Source of the DNA: Eledone cirrhosa
Taxonomy: Eukaryota
DNA: 64,000 nucleotides
NCBI GenBank assembly: GCA_964016885.1
Contig: OZ024742.1
Coordinates: 96,596,001-96,660,000, forward strand
Direction of reading: 5' to 3'
The translations under genes and the position numbers were made by a program. Below are positions 43,075 to 56,511 of the stretch, one piece after another; position 1 is the first letter of the stretch; each line of letters starts with the position of its first letter. The notes beneath the pieces are model-generated. The model had not been told where the DNA came from and made no database searches. It saw nothing but the letters and a program-made list of their open reading frames with translations.

Positions 43075-43420
43075 GTGAGAACGTAGAAGACGACCTTAGA
43101 AACGAAAGGTCTTCAACGCGCAGGACTGCGGCCAACGTTGAGCACGTTATGCATGTGTTTCGTGGGTATCGTCGACTGATCGCAAGTGAGGTAAGCATGA
43201 CCGAGAAAATATTTGGAAGATTATTATCGACGATTTTGGTATGTGGAGGATCTGCGCTCAGATGGTGCCGAAGCTACAAATCGGCGACCAGAATTAGCGG
43301 CGCATGCAGGTGTGTTAGGACATTCTTGAGCGTCTGGAAACCAAACACGGCTTGGTGGGGAGAGTCATCATCTGAGATGGGCCATATATCTTAGAGCGTG
43401 ACCCGGAACACCAGAGGATG
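43075..43420 (+). mobile_element. mariner-family transposase relic
   Basis: RENVEDDLR..RSST.RT..NVEHV..RRL and IWKIIIDDFGMWRICAQMVPKL..RRMQVC.DILERLE..RVII*D..ERDPE, corresponding to the WVPxxL and ITGDE regions. Confidence 0.85.
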
Positions 43421-46145
43421 CACCAGAGGACAGGAATGATGTAGTTGCAGAAAATCCTGGGAAACTTTTTCTAGGACAGCATGGAGGCGAGGAGGATTAT
43501 GGTAGGCAATTGTGTTAGACACGAATGGGAATATTTTGAAGTGGGAAATTTCGGGTTTGGATTTGAAATATTTTAGCTGTGATCCCAGTCCTGTTCTTGT
43601 TTCTGATACGCCTCATATATTCACAGACACATACGCAAACACACACATTCAAACACAAACACACACACACACGTACACAAACAAACACACACACACACAC
43701 ACACATATATGATGAAAGTGATGAAGAAATGGGTTTGGAAAGCGCACCTGGTATATATACAAAGTAACTTTATAACATGTACAAAATTTGATGTATAAGG
43801 CCTGATTTCCACATTTGGGATTATCGAATCATTTGTTATTAGGTTAAATTGTTTTTTTCGTTGAAACGCCTGCATGATAATTCTCGACCACGGAGAAAAC
43901 AGGCTTTGCTAACATCAAATTCTAACATCAATTTTGTACATATTATAACGATACTTTATATATACTAGCAGAAAAACCATCCTTCAGGTGGTTTTCTGCT
44001 AGCATCTGTATTGCGCATATTGATATTATACGCAAGTATATATGCATGTAGATATGATACATCAAATAAAATCGTAATTGAGAATATACACAGAAATTGA
44101 ACGAAGACTGCGTTACACTCTCTTATGTAATCAGTAACGTAATCCATGATACATTAAAAAGAGACGATATTATATATAAACTGCATTAGGAGAATATTAG
44201 TGACGGAAATATATGAATGTTTATTTAAGCGATCGCTAACCGGAAGTGTTGATATTTGAAAAGTTTAAAAAGTGAATCTAATCCAGATTGGAACTGGAAT
44301 CGAGTTTATTACATTAATAAGTATCCTGTGCCACACATCTGTGAAACGTTCTTAAATGCCTAATCAATAAAAACCTCGACGTGAAACCTCATTCTGTTCT
44401 TAATACAGAAACACACACATACACATATACATGTGTATGTGGGTGTATCTCTGTGTGTGTGCGTGCATGTCTGTTTTATTTGTGTAGTATACATTTAAGT
44501 CTCATATACTGTGAAGGCCTACATTGTTTCATAATATAAATGCTATGTCCTTAAATTAAGTTATATAATATAAAAGTTTCTTGACATGTTGTTTCAATCG
44601 TGCCAATCTAACTGATAAAAATGGTTATCAGTTTCCACTTTTTTATTATTGGGTTTGCACTATGACACTTTCTTACTGAACAGACCAATAACCTCAGGTG
44701 TATATAGATTCTATGATGTGTTTCCTTCATTTATTTTCTCATTCAATTATATTTGAGAATTACCCGGAGCTTGTGGTACTATACTTAATTCCACAATATA
44801 AATACCTTTCTAATGTGCGTGAGTGTGTATGCGTAGGTGTAGGTGTGTGTGTCTGTGTGTGTGTCTGTGTGTGGGTCTGTGTGTATGTGTGTGTTTAATT
44901 TTTCTTCTTGATGCACCTTATGAAGAAATTTGTTTTCTTTTAATGCTGCTCCAGTGACCCAATATATTATTAAATGTTCATAAATAGCAGAGAAAATCTA
45001 TTTATTAATGCTGCAGAAACTCATTAATTGTATGCTCTCAATATATTTGTCTTCGCCTGCATGCTTTCAAATTTATTTTAGAAATGATAATTGATGAAAT
45101 ATCTGGAGCATGTAGTATTGTATTTAATACCTCCCATATACATACTTTCTTAAGTGATGTGTATGTTTTTCCCCCGAGGCAAAATTGTTCTAGATATACT
45201 ATTTGAAGATATTATTTTGTGTAGTGCTGTGACCCAATATATTGTTATTAAATGTTCGTAGATAGCAGAGAAAATAAAACATAATTTAAAACGCCGCAGA
45301 AACTCGTCAGTAGTAGTCTCTCAATACATTTGACCTTGCCTGCATGTGTTTACTTACATCTATAAATGAAGTCATGAAATATACCGCACAATATAAAAAG
45401 TAAACGATTTCCAACGAGATTTATTGAACATTTATTGCATGTACTCATTATCGGTTGAGGGTCGGACGCCATGCTTTGACGCATAGAGTTACGGCCCTTG
45501 CCATTCTGAGTTCAAATCCCGCCGAAGTTAACTTTGCCTTTCATCCTTACGGGGTCGATAAAATAAAGTACCAATAATGCACTGGGTAATTGCTGGCCTT
45601 GTGCCAAAAGTAGAAACAATTATTATTAAGATCATCTTTGCCTTTCATCATTTCGGGGTCAATAAAATCAGGCACTAGTAATACACTGAGGTCGGTTTAA
45701 TCGACTTTCTCCTCCCCAAACACTTGGAAAGCAAAGTTAGAGTGGAGAGGGATGTGCTGTCCCCCAGTACATTTGATAAAAGGTGGGGAAATGTTGTGAG
45801 AATGGCCCGTGTGATCGCACCTACTCTGAGAATGCACCTGTAGGCTGGCTTATTTGAAGAGGAGAGGAGTGCACTCCTCGGGTATTCTCGGAGCGTCGAG
45901 TGTTTGAGGTTTGGTGGTGTTCCTGAGTCACCCCGATGTGGTTCTATCCCTATTGGAGAATTTGTATTGTTATAATTTTATTGTTTATTGTCATTGTTCT
46001 TATATTGTTTACTCGATATCTGTGTACCCCCCCCCCCACTGTCTCTGTCTTTTGTATGTCGGCCCTTGGGGCCAATAAATGAAAACAAATTATTATTATT
46101 AGAAGTAGTAGTAGTACTAGCATCATCATCATCATCAGTAGTAGT

Positions 46146-46224
<79 letters not shown>

Positions 46225-46595
46225 ATATTTTATTTTAATATTATTTATTTATATTCTATATATTTTAGTTTATTTATTCATTTATTGCAAATTTAACCTT
46301 CTAACATATTTAGCTTTTAAACCAGATATTCAAAAGCTTAGAACTTTGAAAAGGGGAATAAAGCAGGCGAGAGTTTAATGTAGATTTCCATTATGATGGT
46401 TGAGTAAAGTGTCTTTGATATTCAGCCGTAGCAAAGGAAAGTTTAGCTTTCATTCATGATTGGTGAAGCTTCATGTTTGTTACAGAAATTTTTATTTAAT
46501 CTTGCTTTCCTATCAGAAGGTGATTAGTTTTGACTAGTAACTGATGGTATCTTTACAATATATTCCTTGTATCATCATTTCATGCTAAGACTCAC

Positions 46596-46675
46596 TTTGC
46601 CGCCTTTGAATATCTTCACAGTATATCTTTCTATCACATCATCAAAAAGGTTAAACATACCATGTAGAATGTAAT
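46596..46675 (-). CDS. Possible upstream coding exon (80 nt, phase 1-0)
   Basis: cattag|..AAA|gtgagt with a single open frame, YILHGMFNLFDDVIERYTVKIFKGGK. It is not directly phase-compatible with 42904. Confidence 0.35.
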
Positions 46676-47241
46676 CTAATGTGTGGTGAAATTTAGAAAT
46701 CAATTAAGAATCCACAGAAGCTTGAAATATTTTGGTGAAATTCCTTGAAAGTTTCGTTGAAGTGGATTATAATTGGGTATTACGATAATTTTATAGACAA
46801 CAATGTATCATGTTCAAATTTTGATAATACTACTGAAAAACTTTTTTGAACAAAAGGAATACCTTCAATTCATATTGTAATAAATAAATAAATTGATTTG
46901 TTTACGATTTTTAAAATTGTTATTGATAAAACATATTTAGCTGCAAAACAAAAAGAAAAAAAAATTACGTATCTCCTTCCCTAAATAATAAATTAGTCAT
47001 TAAAATGAAAAAGAGGCAGAAAATTGGCGGAGTCCTTAAAACATCGGATACAATGTTCTGCAGTATGTTCTTTCTCTCTGAACTCTCTGCGTGTTGATCC
47101 TGCTTTCATGATTTCAAGATTGATAAAGAAATGTAACAGTCCAGTATTGGATTTGATTCTTACTATCTATCTTCTTCTAATTTTCCTCTCTCTCTCCTTA
47201 TCTAGAAGAATCGGCTGCGTTCAGAGCTGGGGAGCTGATGG

Positions 47242-47313
47242 ACTCTGACAGGTTTTTAAATCCTCAATACACGCCAGATGTCCTAATAGCACCCTAATGA
47301 CTTCATCAGGAGT
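47242..47313 (-). ncRNA. Degenerate hammerhead-like motif
   Basis: ACTC-CTGATGA-AGTC...GATT-TAAAAAC-CT-GTC-A-GAGT, with GAAA damaged. Confidence 0.35.
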
Positions 47314-47373
47314 TACAGGTTCCTGCATACAGGGTTTTCCGAAGGTCTGGCTTTATAGAAAATATATTTAACA

Positions 47374-48230
47374 CTAGCAGTGGTACCCGGCGTTGCACTG
47401 GATAAGGTATTTTGATCGCGGGCCGCCAACATACCTAATCGTGGAAAAACTGCATGCCTGATCAATATGTAAAAAGAATAAACCGAATACTCTGATGGCT
47501 GGATAATCTTTAAGATTTTCCTCGATGAAGCAGAAGAAATGCAAGTTTTCACTTAGGGGATCAAGAAAATGAATTTATTTTTATGTGCATAATATGCCTT
47601 GAAATTTCGGGAAAAAATGGAGTTTTTCACCTAAGGCCATAAAAAAGTTTGATTTTCTTTGCTCACAGTATGAAGAAGAGACTGACTAATACATAGTTAC
47701 AATTTCAAGGAAATCAGTCTGACGTAACGCCTCAAAAAAGCCCTAAAAACTTGAAAAAAAACGCAGTTTTTCACCTAATGCGAGCCCTAGGGATCAAAAA
47801 GTTGAATTTGTTATGCGCATAACACTCCCTGAAATATAAGTAATACACATGTAAAGTTTGAAAAAAGTCGGTTGGGTACATCTCTAGTTTTAGGGATTCA
47901 AACTCACACAAACACACACAGACAGACATCCGCAGGAAGTGACGTAATGCAGACAGTCAGACATACAGACAGATATTATAAGGGCGCGACGTTATATGTA
48001 TGTATCTATCTAAAAAGAGAAAAACTAAGAATTATAGAGAGAGATCGCTAAATCACCTAATGCGGTCCTTAGGGCATTGAACATTTGAAATTTCTTTTGC
48101 TCAAAATAATCCCTGAAACATAAGTATTACATGTGTAAAATTTGGAAACAGTCGGTTGGGTGCTTCTCGAGTTTTAGGGATTCAAACTCACTCACACACA
48201 GACAGACATCCTCAGTTTTATATATAGAGA
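47374..48230 (-). mobile_element. Non-autonomous Helitron
   Basis: The minus strand starts A|TCTCTATATAT and ends with a subterminal GC hairpin and CTAG|T, with no TSD. It has internal ~280-bp-period duplications. Confidence 0.8.
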
Positions 48231-48639
48231 TTATAATTTCCATTTAAAATTTATCTATTTATTACTTTTCCTTAGTTTTTATATAACCTTTTTTTTTTTA
48301 TATATTGTAACTGATCAGTTAACTAATACTTGATGAATTACATAGTGATGTCCTTCTGGGTTTTCTTTGAAAATGTTTGGGGAGATGAGGGCAGACGTTT
48401 GGCACACCTGGAGTATTAATCACACATCTAATTCCGAACAGCTAATGATTTTTACCTGATATTTATTTCGAAATATGGACGATAATAATAATATTGCTGC
48501 TAGAGTGGTGTTGGTGATAGTGATGGTGGTGATGGTTGTGGTAGTGGTAGTTGTGATAGTGGTAGTTGTGTTAGTAGTATAATGGCAACGCTACCACTAC
48601 TACTACCAGAAATAGCAGCCAATGTGTCTTTATTTATTG

Positions 48640-49520
48640 GTTTCTTTGGGTCTTATACACGGTAAGAAATCAAACATTAGAAGAGAAGGCTTTTCTTTTA
48701 ATAAACTTCGACTTTTGAACTAACTATGTTTCAACCCAAATTAGCATTCCTCTTTTAACAATCCATATGTCGTCTTACACGTAAATGAAGAAACCGATGG
48801 GTAATTTGTCTTTAGGCATTGTTTTTCTTTTTTAATTTAACATTGGAGATAATTTTGTTCTATCTGCACAACATGCTAATGCCATTGTATAATACATTTT
48901 CTTGTGTCCAGTATTTTTAACTGTAATTTTTAACAGTAATAGGTTTAATACTTTTTTTATATCTGTAGTTTTATTGCTTTTAACATCAAATGTTAAAGGA
49001 GTTCATCCATGTTTACTATTTGAGATAATTCAAAAGAATTTTCTTTTTCTTTAACTTTTTAATATAGTTCTGAAAAGCGCAATTTCTCTTCTCAAATTCA
49101 TTAGGCATTCTTTGAGCAATTTTCATTTTAGGTTGTTGTTTTTTGTATGTCATAAAGCAATACCAGCATGATGTATATTCAGTAAAAGCTTCCAAATTAT
49201 TATCACATGCAATTTTCTTTGCGTTAAAAAAATGATCATATTCAAACATTCCTCATTTTCTCTCCTCTTCAACCTCATCATAAAATTCATTTTCAAGATC
49301 CTACATTATTTTTACATCCTTCCCTTAGAAATTGCGTTTATTACCTTGAAATGTCAATTTCTTTTCTTTATCGCGCCAAGAACGAATAATTTACTCTGTT
49401 GGTGAAGGGCCAAAATATACATTTTGGCCACATTATTTACACGATCTTTCACATATTTTATGACATTCAATTTGAGCATAGCTGTGTATGACAGACTTTT
49501 CTCTTTAGACATCATACAGG
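48640..49520 (-). mobile_element. pogo-family transposase relic
   Basis: MSKEKSLSYTAMLKLNVIKY (Brinker-like DBD), AKKIA..KIAQRMP.EFEK..FQNYIKKL (CENP-B HTH region), and NMDELLLTFDV (start of DDE). Confidence 0.8.
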
Positions 49521-49699
49521 TAAAAAAACATACGATGAAAAATGAAAATAAAAAAATTGAAATAAGTACACACATGGCTGTATAGATAAGGAGTACGCTA
49601 CATAAACATACAATTTTAGGTTCAGTCCCATTGCATTATACTTTGGGTAAATGTGACATTGTGTTATATGCAAACATCGTGGAACATATGAACCATAAT

Positions 49700-49960
49700 G
49701 TGACATCGTGTTAAATGTAACATCATGTAATATAATGTAACATCATGAGATATAATGTAGCATAATGTAAACAAGATGCAACATAATGCAACATCATATT
49801 ACATCAATAACATCACGGAAAATGCAACACAGTATATCAACATGTGAACTGCAATATCTTGTAATAACATGCAACATAATGTTAAGTTATGTAATATCAT
49901 GTAAACAAAATGCAATCTGATGTAACATCATGCATCATTATGCAATATAATGTAACTTCG
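49700..49960. repeat. Degenerate ~10-bp minisatellite (ATGYAACATM)
   Basis: Repeated tgtaacatca / atgcaacata units. Confidence 0.8.
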
Positions 49961-50066
49961 AAGTCCTATAACAGTACCCTAAACAAGTATCAAATTCTCT
50001 GTCTCTTTCTTAGCGGAAGTAGTATGTGCTACAATCCAACTACGCATACATATATACTACTTACAT

Positions 50067-50117
<51 letters not shown>

Positions 50118-50162
50118 GCATATATATTGATATTCACAAACATATCGGCATATATATACATG

Positions 50163-50215
<53 letters not shown>

Positions 50216-50268
50216 GCATATATATTGATATTCACAAACATAATCGGCATATATATATACATGTATAA

Positions 50269-50364
<96 letters not shown>

Positions 50365-51619
50365 ATGTATTTAAATAGCCAATTTTATTACCGCGGGTTA
50401 CTGATTACATCTAAAGATACACCACCATATCATCTCTGTTTGATACAATGACAAACCAATCTAAAAGAATTTACTGCAACTAAAATGAAACGATTAACAG
50501 AGAAACAGACTAAAGGCCTTGCAGTATTTCATTATCTTTCTTTATATTCCGAGTTCAAATCCTGCCGGGGTCTATTAACGTCTTTTATCTTTCTAGGATC
50601 AATAAGTATGTACCCATCAAGTACTCGGGTTAAATTATCTAAATACACATCTTTTCGAAAATTTCTGAAACTTGATATCATTAACAATAATGGAGAAGGG
50701 TAGTGGCAGAACTGGTAGAATGAAGAACAAAATACATTGATCACTATGATGATGATCATCATCATTCTCATCATAGTTTTACGACCGTTTTCATGTGGCA
50801 TACTTTGGACGGGTCTCTTTAATCGAAAGCAAATCAGATCAGAGATGCGTTCCTTATTTTGACATAATTTCTATAGCTGGCTGCCCTTCCTTAACCAAGT
50901 GTAAGGGATGGATATTTTCGTAGTACCACCGGTAACGCCTAACAGAGAGTATTGGGGGCATTTAACATGGCACCAGCATTACCATTTAACAGTGTGTACT
51001 GGGTGCATGTTATCGTGCATTAATATACAATAGACTATAATGGGTGCATTTTATCGTCATACCAGCTTTAAGATTTTGCATAGTATACTGAGAACATTTT
51101 ATCAAAGCAACAACACTGTTGAATTTAATTCCATCACATTATGTTCGGAGATCAAACCCTGGCTAATTTCCATAATATAATACTAGTCATCTATTGAGGA
51201 AATCTCCTTGTGAATCAGTTTAAAATTATTGTTGTTTAGATTGGCAGAATTACTAGCGTATCATTGGTATCAACGGCACTGGTGTCAAATATTTAAGTTT
51301 TGGGTTCAGTTTTATCTGTTTTATCTCTTCCTGGGGCTGATAAATTAAAGTAGCATTCAAGTACTGGTGTTGATAAAACCAATTTCCCCTTCGCTCAAAA
51401 TTGCTGGCCTCGTGCCAAAATTAAGGACGGTGGATTGGTAAAATCATTAAAGCTTTGGACAAAACAACTTTCAGTATTTATTTATGACTTTCCACGTTCT
51501 GTGTTCAAATCCTGCTTAGGCTTTCATCCTTTCAGTGTTGATAAAATAAAGTACCAGTAACGCACTGAGGTTGATTTAATCGGCTTTCCCTACCCCAACA
51601 ATTGTTGGCCTTTTGCCTA

Positions 51620-51810
51620 AATTAATTTTATTAATTAATAATTAATAATTAATATTATGAATTTTATATCCCAGTCATTGATGTTATTTAACCGGAATGT
51701 TGCCCTAATGATCATCAAGCCATTACATGTGGCCTCAGATATTCAGGACATATAGGAAGGTCCTTGCTGTTCCCAGTAGGTATCCCTTTTGAATTCTTCC
51801 AAAGATTACG
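51620..51810 (-). mobile_element. 3' end of an R4/Dong-like non-LTR element with (TAA)n-like tail
   Basis: Minus strand LEEFKR..LLGTARTFLYVLNI* resembles the RLE-clade C-terminal 'QK..LLGTARILR.VL', followed by a TAA-rich tract. Confidence 0.45.
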
Positions 51811-54031
51811 ACGTAAGGTTTTAATATAAGGATAAATATTTTTAAATGAGCAGTTTTGTATTATAAATCCAGGAAATTCTCAAGCGGTTTCGTATCAACT
51901 GAACATATAGATGAAATCGTAAGTCGTGTACAAATTCTGCAACGGGTAAAGGTAGACATTTGTTATTGCTATATATGGAGTGGTCCTCATGTGAATTTTA
52001 CAAATATCCTTCATTTTGTGGCTTCCATCTGTAGATTGTTTTCCTATGATTATATTACTATTCACTAGCTTGGCCTATTATACAAATGGCTCAGCTTGGC
52101 TGCTGCAAAAACTATGTCATGTGTACTGCTAGTGAAATTACTAGCAATAGTCCAGATGATGGATGACCTTACACTCTAAGTTTTGTAGCAACCATTTAAA
52201 ATACAAAACTCATGTACAATATATTTTAGAAGCAGCTTTAGTTTGTTTGACCTCTGAGGAAAGGAAAATAAAATAAAAGAAAAAGCCCTATTTTTGTTGC
52301 TTCTGTTTTTCTATGTTTTTGTTATATTTCAACAGCAAACATATGTAAAACTTATGATCATCATTCTCACAGCAGAATGTTCGTGTCTTGTGTGCAGTTG
52401 ATCGATCTATCAATCTTGTTTAAACAGTTCGTAGTATAAAACGTTGGCTGGCCTCGAGGTTTACATGTGTACACAAAGAAACCAAACAGTTTGAAATGGG
52501 CAAACAAAAAGAGCATCAGATTACTCTACTGTGTAATTATCATATATATTTTTGATTGACTATCTATTTATTCAGATTTTCCTTTATTTGTCATTTCTTT
52601 GTTAATATATCATCTCATATAACAGGATATCACTTTTCCTCCACATACTCACACAAAAAGCTTCCACTACTTCGTTACAGAAAATCCATTTGTGTGTTCA
52701 AGTTTTACTATATATAGCAACATGTGTTTTCTGAAACCTCCATGCCCTGATATAGCGAAAGAATAGAATTAACAACGGAATTCTTCTCAAATAGCACCTT
52801 ACCATAGTATAAAATAAAGAGTCGGGCACATTAACAGTGTAGACCTACATATATTGTATTTGAAAAAAAAAAGCTGAACGTCCAAGTGCTATTAGAAGCT
52901 CTCCAGGTAATGAGATAACGAAGGAAAAGAATTAACTATTAAATCCCTCTCAAATGACATCATACCATCTTATATATGAAAGAGAAAGGCAAATTAATAG
53001 TGTCAGGATAGACGTCCCTGTACTAGTGGAAGCTCCATGTCCTGAGATAACGAAGGGAATGTCTATGCATTTGTTCAAAGTGATAGAAATAGCTGTTAAA
53101 TACCTCTCAAATTACAACTTCTTGTCTAATAATACAGGGAAAATGCAGGACACAATAGTAATGGATCCTTCATTGGTTTTAGTTGTTTGAGTAACTGAAC
53201 ATGGAATGTAACGTGCGAAAGATTGAGTATTTTACAGGCACCTTAACGTAATTCTCAAGCAGAAGAAACATGGCATAATATAGAACATCATTGGGCCTTT
53301 GAGTTATTGGCGCGATCCATGCAATCAGCTTTCACACAGTTCCCGCCAACACGATTGTATTCACAATGCTTGGATGAAGCTGAGGCTATGATAAATACAC
53401 TTGAACAAGATGCTATTCAGTGGGATCTAGCCCTGGATTTCATGATTGCAAAGCACACTTCGTAACCAATAAACAAGCCTGCATACATAGGTAAAATAAT
53501 AGTGTAGACTTAGATAAAATGTGAGTAAAAAAAAAAACAGATTGGGAAAAGCTCGTCTTTCATCGTAGATTACCTTCATCGGGGCTGATTTTCAACTGAA
53601 CAACAATCTCGTATTCCAAAACAGGAAGATCATGAGCCACTAAGCTGATGTCAATTTGTACGAGCATCGGCATCATATTTTATGGAATATAATTACGAAC
53701 CTTTAAGTTCTGAGTCCAAATCCCACTGATGTTAACTTTGACTTTCATCCTGGCGGGCTCGATAAAATAAAGTATCAGTAAGATACTCGGTCGATATAGG
53801 CATCGTTCGTCGTTCAAATTGCTGGCCTTAGGCCAAAACGTAAAAACAATCATCATATTGATAATGATTGTTTCTACATAAAACAAACAAGTAATGGATT
53901 ATTGTATTCTTTTTCCAAATTGCATTGTATACATACATATCGACAGTCGATCGACTTTCGTCAAATCGGACATACGAAACAATGTTTCTATTTGTCTTTC
54001 CAATTGCTAATATAACCTATCGGCCGCAACT

Positions 54032-54070
54032 CGAGCTGAGGATCCGAATAAGGTGAAACATTTCATCTCG
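54032..54070 (+). ncRNA. Second copy of the 20657 hammerhead family, stem III damaged
   Basis: CGAG-CTGAGGA-TCCGAATAAGGT-GAAAC-ATTTCAT-CTCG, with the same downstream gtatggtgaactaactgttgtg and then (TA)n. Confidence 0.55.
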
Positions 54071-54168
54071 GTATGGTGAACTAACTGTTGTGGAAATACA
54101 TATATATATATATATATATATACAGTATATATATATATATATACAGTATATATATATATATATATACA

Positions 54169-54265
<97 letters not shown>

Positions 54266-54527
54266 TAAAAGGAAAAGAAAATGATGACAAACTGTTCCCA
54301 GTGAAAAATAGTTTAATTAGGAATAAGTAAAAATTAGTAATAAGTATTGGTTAGTATTTTGGTTTTAAGTTTTTACCGGTTGCGCATTTCTAATGCTTTT
54401 CAAAAATAATTTTGAGATAGAGTGCCCGTGATGTTTGGTCTAATCTATATATATATATATATATCACAGAAAAAAAGAGAATCAGTGTTGCGACGAATGG
54501 AATTTATATATATATATATATATATAT

Positions 54528-54625
54528 AACGAAGGAAGTGTGGTAAGGAACCAGGTGGACCATAACGCAGAGCCCAGAAATAGCTGTCGAAACGGCTTGA
54601 GCTCTGCCGTCGAGGTCCTGAACCT

Positions 54626-54629
<4 letters not shown>
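54528..54629. mobile_element. Inverted-junction copy of the 35566/41640 family between (TA)n tracts
   Basis: The reversed 3' tip (ggaagtgtggtaaggaaccaggtggaccataacgca) is joined to a forward GAAAC-GGC-ttgagctct-GCC-GTC-gaggtcc. Confidence 0.75.
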
Positions 54630-54656
<27 letters not shown>

Positions 54657-54944
54657 ATCAGTCATATCTGGGAAAAGCAAGCAAGATAAGAAAACAATCT
54701 TTACTTACTTAAATGTCCCTACTGAAGTTTCTTTAGAAAAATAATTCTCGACGGGATTTGAACTCAGAATGTCAAAGTGCCGTAACTCTATTCGTCAAAG
54801 CATGGCGTCCAACCCTCTACCGAAACTGCCAATCCACCGCCCTTATATATATATAATTAATAGATAGTATGCATAATTGAAGTTGTAGACGCAATATAGC
54901 AGATACTAATCGAATTGTTTGAGGCAGTCACACAGCATACACTC

Positions 54945-55620
54945 TTACTTTGTTTACGCATTCCAACCGTTAGGCTAAGGCCATGCAGTGATACCGCCAT
55001 TGACGCTTCACTTTTTACAGCCACACAGCCTTGGTTGGTCATTGATGAAAAAAGGAGCTTATTGCTGTCCCTCTTATTTGTGCTTCACCTCATTCTGTGT
55101 GTTCATCCGGCATCTTAATTAGCAGAATGTCGAGATGTTTCTTGAAAACATCAACAGATATTTTGGCAGCTTATTAAAGAGCATGGGAGGAGGGGTGCGG
55201 CTTTGAACACTTGGTTACTGTAGATTCTGGTCTTTTTTCTTGATTTGAAAGATGGGATCTTTGACACTACACAGTGGCGTCCTTTTTCTGGATTGATCCA
55301 ACCCTCATTGCCGAAGTTTGGTGCGGGCCCTTCCAGGATCTTCCATACGTAACCCACTACGTATCTCTCCCTTCTCCACTCCAGGGATTAGAGTCACAGT
55401 TCATTCAGCCTCTCCCAGTAGCTCAGATTCTTCATTGGGACATTAGTCTTGGTGTAGCTTTGCTGGATGACTTGAATCTCTGTGGTGAGATTGATACTGT
55501 GGATCGACCACAGCTGAGAGCAAGAGGCCATTCAGCTGAGGACAAAAGTCTTGCAGAGGACCAATGTGTTTTCCCGGCTTCATGTCATGATTGTCCTTGA
55601 AATCAAACCAGTCAGTCGTC
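54945..55620 (-). mobile_element. CR1/L2-like LINE 3' fragment
   Basis: RRRERYVVGYVWKILEGPAPNFG..W...KGRHC, plus upstream LSCGRST..RFKSSSKATP (decayed YCSQLWSP..LE.IQ region). Confidence 0.7.
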
Positions 55621-55675
55621 TGCAAATTGACGTCATATATATATATATATTATTTATTTATGTTTATACACATTA

Positions 55676-55735
<60 letters not shown>

Positions 55736-56209
55736 ACACACATATATATACACATATGTGTGTGTGCGTGTGCGTGTATGTGTGTGTGTGTCTCTGTGTG
55801 TGTGTGTAATGGAGTATTGTGTACATATCAAATTATGTATATGATAAATAAGATTTTACAAAATAGAAAGTTACATATTCATGTAAAAGGTAAACAAACG
55901 TAAATAACAAACGAAACGAGACAGTATATCGGCAAAATATATAAGTTTAATGCTTTAAATAATTGGAAAGATTTTAAAAATTTTGGACACTAGTCCTTCA
56001 TCAGAAGATAGAATTAGAAATAAAAGATAAAATCCAATAATAAAGAGAGAGAGAAGGCGATGGAACGGGAAAAAATACACATGTGTATTCAGTCAGACAT
56101 TTTGGGCTTGTGTGGCTGCCTAATTGTCAGTATGTTCGACCGACATATATCGTTGTTGCTCTTTATGATGTTTAGCAAAAGAATTAGGCGCGTGCCCTTA
56201 TCTACACAC

Positions 56210-56256
<47 letters not shown>

Positions 56257-56334
56257 CATATATATATATGTGTGTGTGTGTATCTATGTATTTATTTCTG
56301 TTTACCTTTTACATACATACATGCATACATACAT

Positions 56335-56369
<35 letters not shown>

Positions 56370-56455
56370 ACTTTGATAACTTTGATAGGTTTCGGCCAGT
56401 ATTGGCCCAGGCCATGTCTAACTTAATAGCACCACCTGAGATATAGATATATATT

Positions 56456-56511
<56 letters not shown>

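Noticed and set aside
51873-51918. Plus-strand mini-exon (ccag|..ATC|gtaagt)
   Set aside because: It is isolated with no partner exons, and such signals arise by chance in AT-rich DNA.
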